Assembly (NCBI GenBank): GCA_017395215.1
Contig: JAFPVW010000189.1
Location: 1,473-65,472 of the forward strand
Direction of reading: 5' to 3'
DNA: 64,000 nucleotides
Source: Prevotella sp.
Lineage (GTDB): Bacteria; Bacteroidota; Bacteroidia; Bacteroidales; Bacteroidaceae
The notes under the pieces are model-generated. The model saw only the letters and a list, made by a program, of their open reading frames with translations. It was not told the origin of the DNA and ran no database searches. The translations under genes and the position numbers were made by a program. Each line of letters begins with the position of its first letter. Within the stretch, counting starts at the first letter, position 1. Below are positions 1-9,559 of this stretch, in pieces.

Positions 1-174
1 GACTACGAATACCAGCGCCAGAAGGTAGAGAAAGACAAGCAGCAGCTGCGGGCCACGGCCGACGAGCTGACCATGCTGACCAAGACGCGCGTGCGGCGCG
101 ACTCGCTGCAGACGCGCTTCGACGTGCTCTGCGCCAAGATACGCTACATCCACAAAAAGCAGAAAGAACTGTAA
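1..174 (+). CDS. 3' end of a hypothetical protein (truncated by window edge)
   Basis: Open frame 1 (DYEYQRQKVEKDKQQLR...KKQKEL) ending TAA at 172-174, host-like codon usage. Confidence 0.75.
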   Translation, partial: DYEYQRQKVEKDKQQLRATADELTMLTKTRVRRDSLQTRFDVLCAKIRYIHKKQKEL

Positions 175-201
175 TCTTTTGGTTATTTCAATAGAATTGC
201 G

Positions 202-209
202 TAACTTTG
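202..209 (+). promoter_or_regulatory. Bacteroidetes sigma-A -7 element
   Basis: TAACTTTG matches TAnnTTTG, 10 bp before ATG at 219. Confidence 0.6.
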
Positions 210-218
210 CACCCTGAA

Positions 219-767
219 ATGGATAAGTTTGAACTGACGAACGCCGAATTTGAACAGGCCGTGGCCGAATGTCGCGCTCTCTTCGAGAAGAAACTGCACG
301 ACTACAGGGCCTCGTGGCGAATACTACGCCCGACCGCCCTCACCGACCAGCTGTTCATCAAGGCCAAGCGCATCAGGTCGCTCGAGGTGAAGAAGGTGAG
401 CCGCGTGGGCGAAGGCATCAGGCCGGAGTTCATCGCACTCATTAACTACGGCATCGTCGGGCTGATTCAGCTGGAGCGCGGCTATGCCGACACCGTCGAC
501 ATCAGCAACGACGAGGCCATGGCCCTCTACGACAAGCACGCCCACGAGGCCCTCGAGCTGATGAAGCGCAAGAACCACGACTACGACGAGGCGTGGCGAT
601 CGATGCGCGTCAGCTCGTACACCGACCTCATCCTGACCAAGATTGAGCGCATCAAGGAGATCGAGGACCTGAGCGGCGAGACGCTCGTCTCGGAAGGCAT
701 CGACGCCAACTACATGGACATCATCAACTACGCCGTCTTCGGGCTTATCAAACTGAGTGGGAAATGA
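219..767 (+). CDS. DUF1599 / nucleotide-modification-associated domain protein
   Basis: Two copies of the KxHDYxxxW...K..RI...INY module; ATG at 219 preferred to TTG at 207. Confidence 0.8.
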   Translation: MDKFELTNAEFEQAVAECRALFEKKLHDYRASWRILRPTALTDQLFIKAKRIRSLEVKKVSRVGEGIRPEFIALINYGIVGLIQLERGYADTVDISNDEAMALYDKHAHEALELMKRKNHDYDEAWRSMRVSSYTDLILTKIERIKEIEDLSGETLVSEGIDANYMDIINYAVFGLIKLSGK

Positions 768-2020
768 AGAAACTGTGCGTCAACCTCTGCCGGCTCCTAC
801 TCGCCGTAACGTTTATCCTATCGGGATTCGTCAAGGCGGTCGACCCCTTAGGCACGCAGTATAAGATAAACGACTACCTCGAGGCCATGGGCCTGGGCGG
901 ACTGCCCGACTGGTCGATGCTCGCGGCGTCGGTACTTCTGTCAGCAGTGGAGTTCTGCCTCGGCATCTTCCTGCTGTTTGCGATTCGGCGGCGGCTGACG
1001 TCGCGACTCATCTTACTGATGATGGCGGTGATGACGCCGCTGACGCTCTGGCTGGCCATCGCCAACCCCATCCACGACTGCGGCTGCTTCGGCGACGCCG
1101 TGGTGCTGACCAACTGGCAGACGTTCTGGAAGAACATCGTGCTACTGGGCTGCGCCGTCGTCGTGGCCATGTGGCCGAAGGAGATGTTCCGATTCGTCAG
1201 CGAGTCGAACCAGTGGATTGTCATCAACTACTCGGCGCTGTTCATCCTCGCCATCTCGGCGTGGAGCCTCTACTACCTGCCCACCTTCGACTTCCGTCCC
1301 TACCATGTAGGCACCAACCTCCGCGAACAGTGGCAGCGAACGATGGACGGTGAGGACCTGCCCTATGCCGACTTCTTCATCGAGCAGCATAGCGACGGCG
1401 AGGACATCACCGAGGCCGTACTGGCCGATACGAGCTACGTGTTCCTATTAATATCGCCGCACCTGGAGCAGGCCGACGACTCGCGGCTCGACCTCATCAA
1501 CGAGCTGTACGAGTATGCCCGCGACCACGACTATGGCTTCTACTGCCTGACGGCCAGCACACAGCAGAACATTGAGCGCTGGCACGACATAACGGGTGCC
1601 GAATACCCATTCTGCCAGACAGACGAGATCACGCTGAAGACCGTCATACGGAGCAATCCCGGACTGTTGCTGCTGAAGGATGGTACCATCATTCGAAAGT
1701 GGAGCCACAACGACCTGCCCGTCATCGACGAGACCGCTACCTCGAAGCCGCTGCAGCAGCAGCCCTTCGGTCAGTTGCCCGGCAACAGCGTGGCCCGCAA
1801 GATTACGCTGATACTGCTGTGGTTCGTGCTGCCCCTTGCCCTGCTCACGCTGGCCGACCGCACATGGATGTGGACCAAGTGGCTGCGCCGCAAGTCGCGC
1901 AAGTCCCAAAATGCCCAAAACGCCCAAGATGCCCAAGATGCCCATCAAGCCCAAGATGCCCATCAAGCCCAAGATGCCCATCAAGCCCAAGATGCCCATC
2001 AAGCCCATCAAGCCCATTAA
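764..2020 (+). CDS. DoxX-family membrane protein (BT_3928-like) with thioredoxin-like domain
   Basis: FILSGFVKAVDP, DCGCFGDA and RSNPGLLLLKDG motifs, several TM helices, upstream of tpiA. Confidence 0.8.
   Translation: MKKLCVNLCRLLLAVTFILSGFVKAVDPLGTQYKINDYLEAMGLGGLPDWSMLAASVLLSAVEFCLGIFLLFAIRRRLTSRLILLMMAVMTPLTLWLAIANPIHDCGCFGDAVVLTNWQTFWKNIVLLGCAVVVAMWPKEMFRFVSESNQWIVINYSALFILAISAWSLYYLPTFDFRPYHVGTNLREQWQRTMDGEDLPYADFFIEQHSDGEDITEAVLADTSYVFLLISPHLEQADDSRLDLINELYEYARDHDYGFYCLTASTQQNIERWHDITGAEYPFCQTDEITLKTVIRSNPGLLLLKDGTIIRKWSHNDLPVIDETATSKPLQQQPFGQLPGNSVARKITLILLWFVLPLALLTLADRTWMWTKWLRRKSRKSQNAQNAQDAQDAHQAQDAHQAQDAHQAQDAHQAHQAH
1905..2017 (+). repeat. 9/18-bp coding tandem repeat (AQD/AHQ tail)
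   Basis: gcccaagatgcccatcaa units repeated up to the stop codon. Confidence 0.9.
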
Positions 2021-2047
2021 AACAACCCAAATAAAAACAAAGAAAAA

Positions 2048-2806
2048 ATGAGAAAGAAAATTGTTGCAGGAAACTGGAAGATGAACATGAATCTCCAGGA
2101 AGGTATTGCTCTCGCAAAGGAGCTGAACGAAACATTGAAGGCTGACAAGCCCAACTGCGGTGTGGTCATCTGCACACCGTTCATCCATCTGGCATCTATC
2201 GCACAGTTCCTCGACCAGGACATCATCGGCCTGGGTGCTGAGAACTGCGCCGACAAGGAGAAGGGTGCCTTCACCGGTGAGGTGAGCGCCGAGATGGTGA
2301 AGTCGACGGGTGCACAGTACGTCATCCTCGGCCACAGCGAGCGCCGCGAATACTACAATGAGACGCCCGAGATTCTGAAGGAGAAGGTCATCCTGGCTCA
2401 GAAGCAGGGTCTGAAGGTCATCTTCTGCATCGGCGAGAGCAAGGAGGAGCGCATTGCCGGTAAGCAGAACGAGGTGGTCAAGGCCGAGCTCGAGGGCAGC
2501 GTCTTCAACCTCAGCGAAGAGGACTTCCGCAAGATCGTCATCGCCTACGAGCCCATCTGGGCCATCGGCACCGGCCTCACCGCCACCGCCGAGCAGGCTG
2601 AGGAGATTCACGCCTACATCCGCTCAATCATTGCCGAGAAGTACGGCCAGGCCGTTGCCGACGACACCACCATCCTCTACGGAGGCTCATGCAAGGCCTC
2701 GAACGCCCCCGAACTGTTTGCAAAGCCCGACATCGACGGTGGCCTTATCGGTGGTGCCTCGCTGAAGGCTGCTGACTTCAAGGGTATCATCGACGCCTGG
2801 AAATAA
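2048..2806 (+). CDS. tpiA: Triosephosphate isomerase
   Basis: [33 protein letters not shown] motifs. Confidence 0.98.
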   Translation: MRKKIVAGNWKMNMNLQEGIALAKELNETLKADKPNCGVVICTPFIHLASIAQFLDQDIIGLGAENCADKEKGAFTGEVSAEMVKSTGAQYVILGHSERREYYNETPEILKEKVILAQKQGLKVIFCIGESKEERIAGKQNEVVKAELEGSVFNLSEEDFRKIVIAYEPIWAIGTGLTATAEQAEEIHAYIRSIIAEKYGQAVADDTTILYGGSCKASNAPELFAKPDIDGGLIGGASLKAADFKGIIDAWK

Positions 2807-2819
2807 GAAACCGACAAAG

Positions 2820-3422
2820 ATGAGACGCTTAGTCACCATAGTAATGCTGTGCATTGGCTGTCTGACGACGGCCAATGCGCAGACATTTACCCAGCGCATA
2901 CAGCAGAAGGGCCAGGCAGGTGAAGGAACGGTGACCGTCAGCCAGAGCAAGGAGATTGATGACCTTGTGAACGGCAAAGAGGCAGAGAAAGTGCCCGAGA
3001 AGAAGGCTGAGAAGAAGTCGGTTGACACGCTCGACACCAACAAGCCCGCCTCGGTGAAGGCACGCGAGGAGCTGGCCAAGATTCTGGAGCAGAGGGTCGA
3101 CACGGCGGCCACCGAGGTCATCATCGACAGAAGCAAGAAGGTGATGCGCGGCGGCTACAAGATCAACGGCTACCGCGTGCAGGCCTTTGCCGGCGGCAAC
3201 CAGCGCACCGACCGCCAGAAGGCTGAGCAGATAGGCAACACCATCAAGACCAACTTCCCCAACGAGCCTATCTACGTCCACTTCTACTCGCCCCGCTGGA
3301 TATGCCGCGTGGGAAACTACCGCACCTACGAGGAAGCGCGCCAGATGCTGAACGCCATACGCAAGCTGGGCATCAGCGGTGCCTCCATTGTGAAAGGAAA
3401 AATTACCGTCAGTAATCTATGA
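2820..3422 (+). CDS. SPOR-domain protein
   Basis: Signal peptide; C-terminal GYRVQ...[18 protein letters not shown] pattern. Confidence 0.85.
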   Translation: MRRLVTIVMLCIGCLTTANAQTFTQRIQQKGQAGEGTVTVSQSKEIDDLVNGKEAEKVPEKKAEKKSVDTLDTNKPASVKAREELAKILEQRVDTAATEVIIDRSKKVMRGGYKINGYRVQAFAGGNQRTDRQKAEQIGNTIKTNFPNEPIYVHFYSPRWICRVGNYRTYEEARQMLNAIRKLGISGASIVKGKITVSNL

Positions 3423-4006
3423 ACCCAGAAACAGAATACCGCGAGGGACTTGAAGAACTCGCATCGCACTACAAGCAGATTATCACCCTGCTCGGCGAAG
3501 ACACCGAGCGCGACGGACTGCTGAAAACGCCCATGCGCGTGGCGAAGGCCATGCAGGTGCTGACGCGCGGCTACACGATGGATGCCCGCAAGGTGCTGAC
3601 CGACGCGCTCTTCAAGGAGGACTACAACCACATGGTCATTGTCAAGGACATTGACTTCTTCTCGCTCTGCGAGCACCACATGCTGCCCTTCTACGGCAAG
3701 GTTCACGTGGCCTACATCCCCAACGGCTACATCACGGGACTGTCGAAGATTGCCCGCGTGGTCGACATCTTCAGTCACCGCCTGCAGGTGCAGGAGCGCA
3801 TGACGATGCAGATACGCGAGTGTATCGACGAGACGCTGCACCCCCTCGGCGTTATGGTGGTGGTCGAGGCCAAGCACATGTGCATGCAGATGCGTGGCGT
3901 CGAGAAGCAGAACAGCATCACCACCACCAGCGAATTCAGCGGCGCCTTCAACCAAGCAAAAACGCGTCAGGAGTTCATGAACCTGATTTCGCACACAAGC
4001 CTGTAA
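3419..4006 (+). CDS. folE: GTP cyclohydrolase I
   Basis: [32 protein letters not shown] motifs. Confidence 0.97.
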   Translation: MNPETEYREGLEELASHYKQIITLLGEDTERDGLLKTPMRVAKAMQVLTRGYTMDARKVLTDALFKEDYNHMVIVKDIDFFSLCEHHMLPFYGKVHVAYIPNGYITGLSKIARVVDIFSHRLQVQERMTMQIRECIDETLHPLGVMVVVEAKHMCMQMRGVEKQNSITTTSEFSGAFNQAKTRQEFMNLISHTSL

Positions 4007-4037
4007 AGGGCTGAAAGCCAATAACACCGACAAACTT

Positions 4038-7000
4038 ATGAACAGACTACTACTAACCATCATGGCCGTATTGGCCTTCACCGCCAGCTGGGCCGACGAC
4101 AAAGTGGACAGCCCAACCGAGGGTGTTATCACCAGCGATTTTGTCACCGAGGAGAGCATGAAGCATGACCTGCTACAGATGCTGGCAAACTTCGCTGTCT
4201 ATATGAAGAAAGACTTCCAGGACTGCGTTGCTCCCAACAGCGTGGGCGAAGCCTGCGGTTGTTTCAAGGGCGAGAATACGATGGCCAACGACGAACGTGG
4301 AGTGCGCCCCAACGCCGACCTCTCGATGATATGCGCCTTCCTTGTAAAATATGGTAAGAAAGTTGTGACGCTGCCTTCCGGAGTAACTTGGGACGATTTG
4401 GAGGCGATGGCCAAGAAGAGCCTCGTATTCGCCTACTCCACCCACAAGGCTAACAAGCTGAAGGTGTGTGCAGGTAACACATACTGGGGGTCTGTCAGTA
4501 CAAAAGACTACGTCTGGGAAAGCTCGCTCTGGGCTATGTCCGTCGCCTACAGCGCCTTCTTCCAGTGGGACAAGCTCAGCAAGACACAACGAGGCTACAT
4601 CTACGAACTGCTGAAGGCCGAGTGCAACTATGAGCTCAACCGCAACATTCCCACGGGCTATGCTGGCGACACCAAGGCCGAGGAGAACGGCTGGGAGGCC
4701 GACATCCTGGCTGCTACCCTGGGACTCTTCCCCAACGACGAGCTGGCTCCGAGATGGTTCCAGCGCCTGCGCGAGTTTGCCATCAACAGCTATTCGCAGA
4801 AGGACGACGCTACGGACAACACCATCATCGACCCCGACTACGACCAGAAAACCGTTAAAGACCTCTATAAAGGCCAGAACCTCTACGACGACTATACGCT
4901 ACAGAACCATAACTACTTCCACACCTCCTACCAGAACGTGGTCATCCAGGAACTGGGCGAAGCCGCCCTGGCACTGAAGCTCTTCCAGCAGGGACTCTAC
5001 GGCGTGGAGAAATGGAAAACCAACGCCCTGATGCACAACAACCAGAAGGTGATGGAGGAAGTTCTCTACTGGCTCGCACTCGCCGACGGCGAACTGGCCA
5101 TGCCCAACGGCAACGACTGGAGTCTGTTCCTCTACGACCAGATTACCTCCTACTCCACCAACGCCTGCTTCCTGCGCGACAAGCGTGCGCTGTTGCTCGA
5201 GAACCTGGCCTACAAGATGATCAAGGCCCGCCAGACAACCACCACCGATGGCTCATGGCTGTTGCGCCCCGACGTGGGTGCCCGCCGCATGGGCGTCGAG
5301 GCTCACCGCGTCATGATGACGTGGCTCATGCACGAGATACTCTCCACCGCCGACCTCACCCCCACCCCCTGGGACGACTTCAACCGCGAATACAGCGCTG
5401 CGAAGGTTCTGCCTTCGCAGAACATCGTCCGCGCCGCCACCGACAGCCGCTTCACCTGCTTCTCGTGGAGCACGGGCCTGAAGAGCTACACCGGCTACAT
5501 AGCCGCCAACAACGTTGACAAGAACAAGATCATCGTCCCCTTCCGCGCCAATAACACGGGCAACTTCCTCGGCTGGTATGAAGTTAGCGGCAAAAAGACC
5601 AACGCTACGCCCGTCGTCAGCGGCATCTACAACCTGCAGGGCAACGCCTACACCATGAACGGCGAGCTGAACACCAACGACGCCACGCTCAACAACCGCT
5701 TCGTCATCTACTCTACACCGGGCAACGCCGTTGTATATTTAGATTATGTACGCGCGAATGCTGACGCTACCATCACCGCCGAGAAGGGCGGACTGATGGC
5801 TATCAGCGTCGACGAACTGACCAAGACAGAGCGCACGCTCTACAACGCTGACGGCCAAAAGCAGGCAGACGGCACGAACCAGACCACGATGAACGGCCCT
5901 TGGGTGAACATCGACGACGCCCTCGGCATCGTCAATCTTGACAAGAACAAGCAGATAGCTTTCGACGAGAAGGCCAACAACAACTCGATTATGACGGCCA
6001 AGCTTTATACGTCATACAGCACCAAGAGCCGTCCCGTCCAAAAGGGCAGCATCGTTGACCGCCGCGCCATCGTCTACTACTCGAACATTGACGCTGAAGG
6101 AACAAAAAATCTCTCAATGCTCAATACCCAGCTCGAAACGCAAGAAGGCTGGAACGGTGCCATCGTCTTCGACCCCGACCAGACGGGTTATCTGCTGCTC
6201 TCGAACTTCGCCAGCGACCAGAAATGCCAGATTACCGGAGTCACGACTCAGTTGGGACATCCGGTCTTTACGGCTGCCACGACCATCAGCTCTAAAGGCT
6301 CGTCGGCAATATTCGGCGTCGAAGAGAACCATTCGGTGGCCAATACGCTGCGCTTCTTCATCAAGGGCGGCGGTTTGCAGGCTGTGCAGGCTTTGGAAGA
6401 ACCGACGGTCATCTACCTGCTGAACCTTGAGAAAGGCAACAACAAACTGACCGTCAATGCAGTAGACAACGGAAAACAGCTATCTAAGGACGTGACTCTC
6501 AGTACGAAGGTGCTGAAGGTCTCGATTGTGGGAGGCGAGCTTCTGGTCGAGGAAGCCAACGGGTTTCCCGACTCAGCTGAATCCCCGCAGACGAAAGGCT
6601 ACAGGGACGTCACGTCGGCCTATCTGAAGAATGCCAACTTCGAGGAAGACAAGACCTACGGCGAGGTAAATCCCAACGGTCTGACCATAGAAAGCGTCAC
6701 TTACAAACCCTGCTATGAGAACACCGTCAGCCCCATCAACTCGAAATGGCCCAACATTCTGCCCGTCACCGGCTGGACGCCAGCCAACGGACTGAGCGAC
6801 GGCTCCAACTATTGCCGCATGTACTCCATGCCCTACAGCTCTGACATATACTGCGTAAGTCCTTCTAAAGTCGGCAACTATGCCGCGCGCTGTTCTAAGC
6901 CACTCATCGACGACGGCTGCGGCGACCGCGTGCTCACCGTTCTCAACTCTTGGGACATGGGTAGTAACACCATCACGCAGGGAGTCTCTTTGTATCCCGG

Positions 7001-7478
7001 CAAATACCGTCTGATGCTGGACATGCGCTATGAATGCCCCAACCAGATATCGAACGACGGAGAAGTCATCGTAACAACCGGAAACAACTTTAACACCTCG
7101 CTGACGGGCGTGAAGACCAAGGCTGGTAACGATTTCCGCTACCCCTCAGAGCCTAATGCATGGCAGCAGCTGTGCTACGACCTCAACATGGGCAGCAAGG
7201 AGACGGTGACCGTTTCTCTCGGCTTCAGCACCTCAGCCAAACAGGGTGCTGCCAACAACACGCTGCTCTATATCGACAACCTTCGGCTGTATGTCCTCAA
7301 CGGCGATGCCGACGGTAACGGACGGGTTGACGGCAAAGACCTCGACACGCTTGTCAACCATATCATCGACCCCAAGGCGGCGCTGTCCAATCCCGACGCT
7401 GCTGACCTCAACGGCGACAGCCTGATTGACATCGCCGACGTAGCTTCACTCATCTCCATACTCCAGCAAGCCCTATGA
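4038..7478 (+). CDS. Large secreted protein, possibly lyase-like, with C-terminal dockerin
   Basis: Signal peptide; C-terminal GDADGNGRVDGKD...ADLNGDSLIDIADV dockerin repeat; catalytic family not recognised. Confidence 0.6.
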   Translation: MNRLLLTIMAVLAFTASWADDKVDSPTEGVITSDFVTEESMKHDLLQMLANFAVYMKKDFQDCVAPNSVGEACGCFKGENTMANDERGVRPNADLSMICAFLVKYGKKVVTLPSGVTWDDLEAMAKKSLVFAYSTHKANKLKVCAGNTYWGSVSTKDYVWESSLWAMSVAYSAFFQWDKLSKTQRGYIYELLKAECNYELNRNIPTGYAGDTKAEENGWEADILAATLGLFPNDELAPRWFQRLREFAINSYSQKDDATDNTIIDPDYDQKTVKDLYKGQNLYDDYTLQNHNYFHTSYQNVVIQELGEAALALKLFQQGLYGVEKWKTNALMHNNQKVMEEVLYWLALADGELAMPNGNDWSLFLYDQITSYSTNACFLRDKRALLLENLAYKMIKARQTTTTDGSWLLRPDVGARRMGVEAHRVMMTWLMHEILSTADLTPTPWDDFNREYSAAKVLPSQNIVRAATDSRFTCFSWSTGLKSYTGYIAANNVDKNKIIVPFRANNTGNFLGWYEVSGKKTNATPVVSGIYNLQGNAYTMNGELNTNDATLNNRFVIYSTPGNAVVYLDYVRANADATITAEKGGLMAISVDELTKTERTLYNADGQKQADGTNQTTMNGPWVNIDDALGIVNLDKNKQIAFDEKANNNSIMTAKLYTSYSTKSRPVQKGSIVDRRAIVYYSNIDAEGTKNLSMLNTQLETQEGWNGAIVFDPDQTGYLLLSNFASDQKCQITGVTTQLGHPVFTAATTISSKGSSAIFGVEENHSVANTLRFFIKGGGLQAVQALEEPTVIYLLNLEKGNNKLTVNAVDNGKQLSKDVTLSTKVLKVSIVGGELLVEEANGFPDSAESPQTKGYRDVTSAYLKNANFEEDKTYGEVNPNGLTIESVTYKPCYENTVSPINSKWPNILPVTGWTPANGLSDGSNYCRMYSMPYSSDIYCVSPSKVGNYAARCSKPLIDDGCGDRVLTVLNSWDMGSNTITQGVSLYPGKYRLMLDMRYECPNQISNDGEVIVTTGNNFNTSLTGVKTKAGNDFRYPSEPNAWQQLCYDLNMGSKETVTVSLGFSTSAKQGAANNTLLYIDNLRLYVLNGDADGNGRVDGKDLDTLVNHIIDPKAALSNPDAADLNGDSLIDIADVASLISILQQAL

Positions 7479-9463
7479 AGAGGACTGCACTATTGACCGT
7501 TGCCCTGCTCCTGCTGGCCCTTGCCGCCAAGGCGCAGTACACGAGGAAGACCGACCTGCCCACCGTCTACATCGAGACGTTCGACGGGCGGAGCATCACG
7601 AGCAAGGACGTCTACAAGTACTGCCGCCTGCACTACGTCGACGAGGATGACCAGCTGACCAGCTACGACTCCGTCTCCATACGCGGTCGCGGCAACTCCA
7701 CCTGGGGCCTGCCGAAAAAGCCCTACAAGATAAAGTTCCTGGAGAAGGAGAAGTTTCTGGGCAAGGGCTACGCTAAGGCCAAGAAGTGGACGCTGCTGGC
7801 CAACGCCGGCGACAAGACGATGATGCGCAACGCCGTCACCTCGGCCTTGGGAGCCTTCACGTCGCTCAAGTTCAACCCCGCCGCCAAGTTCGTCGACCTG
7901 GTGCTCAACAACGCCTATCAGGGCACCTACCAGATCAGCGACCAAATCGACGTGAGGCCCCACCGCGTGAACATCACCGAGCAGGAGTACCCTCTGGGCG
8001 AGGACGATGACATCACGGGCGGCTACCTGCTCGAAGTCGACGGCTTCAAGGACGGCAACTACTTCAACACCCAGCGCTATCGGGCTCCTGTGCGCATCCA
8101 CTATCCTGACGAGGATGAGATTGACGTCAGACAGAGAAACTACATCCGAAACTACGTCAACGACTTTGACGCGCGGCTGGCCGATGCCAACTTCGCCGAC
8201 CCCGAGGAAGGATACCGGGCAATGGTCGATACGACGTCGCTCATCGACTGGTATATCTGCACTGAGGTCAGCGCCAACATCGACGGCTTCTTCTCTACCT
8301 ATTTCTATAAGGACCAAGCCGACCCCAAACTCTACTGGGGCCCGCTCTGGGACTACGACATCGCCTACAACAACGACCAGCGCGTCAGGTCGGAACACTG
8401 GCTCAACAGCACCGACCAGTCGATGATGGCCGACATTGCCTACAGCGGCTCAAAGGACTGGGTCAACCGCATGTGGGAAGACCCCTGGTTCCAACGCGCC
8501 GTCTACCGCCGCTATACGGAGTTGACAGGCCGTGGTCTCGTCGACCACATGCAGCAATACATCGACAGCCTGCATGTGCTGCTCAGCCAGTCGCAGGAAC
8601 TGAACTACCAGAAGTGGGGCATCAGCACCAAGGTGTACCATGAGATGGTGCTCTACTCGTCGTACGACCAGTACGTCTACGACCTGAAGTCATTCATCGA
8701 CAGCCACTGCGACTACCTGCTCCAGGCCTTTGCCGGGCGCCGTCCGCCTGAGCCGTTCTCAGCCGGCAACTTCTACTACAGATTGGTCAACGCTGGAACG
8801 GGCAAGGCCATCGACGGCGACGCCACGCAAAATGCCCCCTACGGGAATGAAAGTGTCGACTGGATACTCGTCAGGCATGACGACTACTACCAGTTCATCA
8901 ACCGCAGTACGGGCATGGCACTCAACGACCCCACCGTCGGCGAAGTGGGACCGACCACCAATGTGGGCACGAAGCTGAACACGGCTCCTCCCGACCCTAC
9001 TGACAGTCGCCAACTGTGGATGCTTGTGGCCCAAGGCAACAGCGGGTTCCATAACCTCGTCAACGTCTACACCCAGCATGTGGCCAACCTGCAGGGAGGC
9101 AGTCAGACCGACGGAGTGCCCATACTGAGCTACACCAACGACTCGCGCAACGGCCAGAGCAAGAACCGCCTGTGGCTTATCGTCGAGGGCGAACCGCTGC
9201 CTGCCGACGTAAGTGCCATCACGGCTACCGAGCCCGCCGAATATGCACTGGCCTACAATCCAGCGACTCGCCGGCTGCACTTCGGCTCAGCCACCCCCGA
9301 GGTTCTGAACTTCACCGTCAGCATCACCACCCTTGGCGGCGTCAATGTCGCTACGTTCACGGCTGCCGACGGCTACACCCTCACGACCGCCCCCTCTGGC
9401 GTCTACATCGTCAGTTGGACTGTCGGCGGCAAGCATCGCTCTACAAAGCTCGTCATCCGCTAA
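7475..9463 (+). CDS. CotH-family kinase with ricin-type lectin domain and T9SS CTD
   Basis: RGRGNSTW, KKPYKIK, GPLWDYDIAY; QLW ricin-like repeats; GVYIV...KLVIR C-terminus. Confidence 0.88.
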   Translation: MKRTALLTVALLLLALAAKAQYTRKTDLPTVYIETFDGRSITSKDVYKYCRLHYVDEDDQLTSYDSVSIRGRGNSTWGLPKKPYKIKFLEKEKFLGKGYAKAKKWTLLANAGDKTMMRNAVTSALGAFTSLKFNPAAKFVDLVLNNAYQGTYQISDQIDVRPHRVNITEQEYPLGEDDDITGGYLLEVDGFKDGNYFNTQRYRAPVRIHYPDEDEIDVRQRNYIRNYVNDFDARLADANFADPEEGYRAMVDTTSLIDWYICTEVSANIDGFFSTYFYKDQADPKLYWGPLWDYDIAYNNDQRVRSEHWLNSTDQSMMADIAYSGSKDWVNRMWEDPWFQRAVYRRYTELTGRGLVDHMQQYIDSLHVLLSQSQELNYQKWGISTKVYHEMVLYSSYDQYVYDLKSFIDSHCDYLLQAFAGRRPPEPFSAGNFYYRLVNAGTGKAIDGDATQNAPYGNESVDWILVRHDDYYQFINRSTGMALNDPTVGEVGPTTNVGTKLNTAPPDPTDSRQLWMLVAQGNSGFHNLVNVYTQHVANLQGGSQTDGVPILSYTNDSRNGQSKNRLWLIVEGEPLPADVSAITATEPAEYALAYNPATRRLHFGSATPEVLNFTVSITTLGGVNVATFTAADGYTLTTAPSGVYIVSWTVGGKHRSTKLVIR

Positions 9464-9484
9464 GCGGAAACGTTTACGATGGAA

Positions 9485-9516
9485 AAACAGCCGCAGCTGT
9501 TGCTGCGGTTTGTTTT
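9485..9516 (+). terminator. Intrinsic terminator
   Basis: ccgcagc/gctgcgg stem followed by a T-rich run after the CotH gene. Confidence 0.6.
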
Positions 9517-9559
9517 TTTCTGTACTTTTGCAACAAATATCAAAACTAATAAAGCTACT

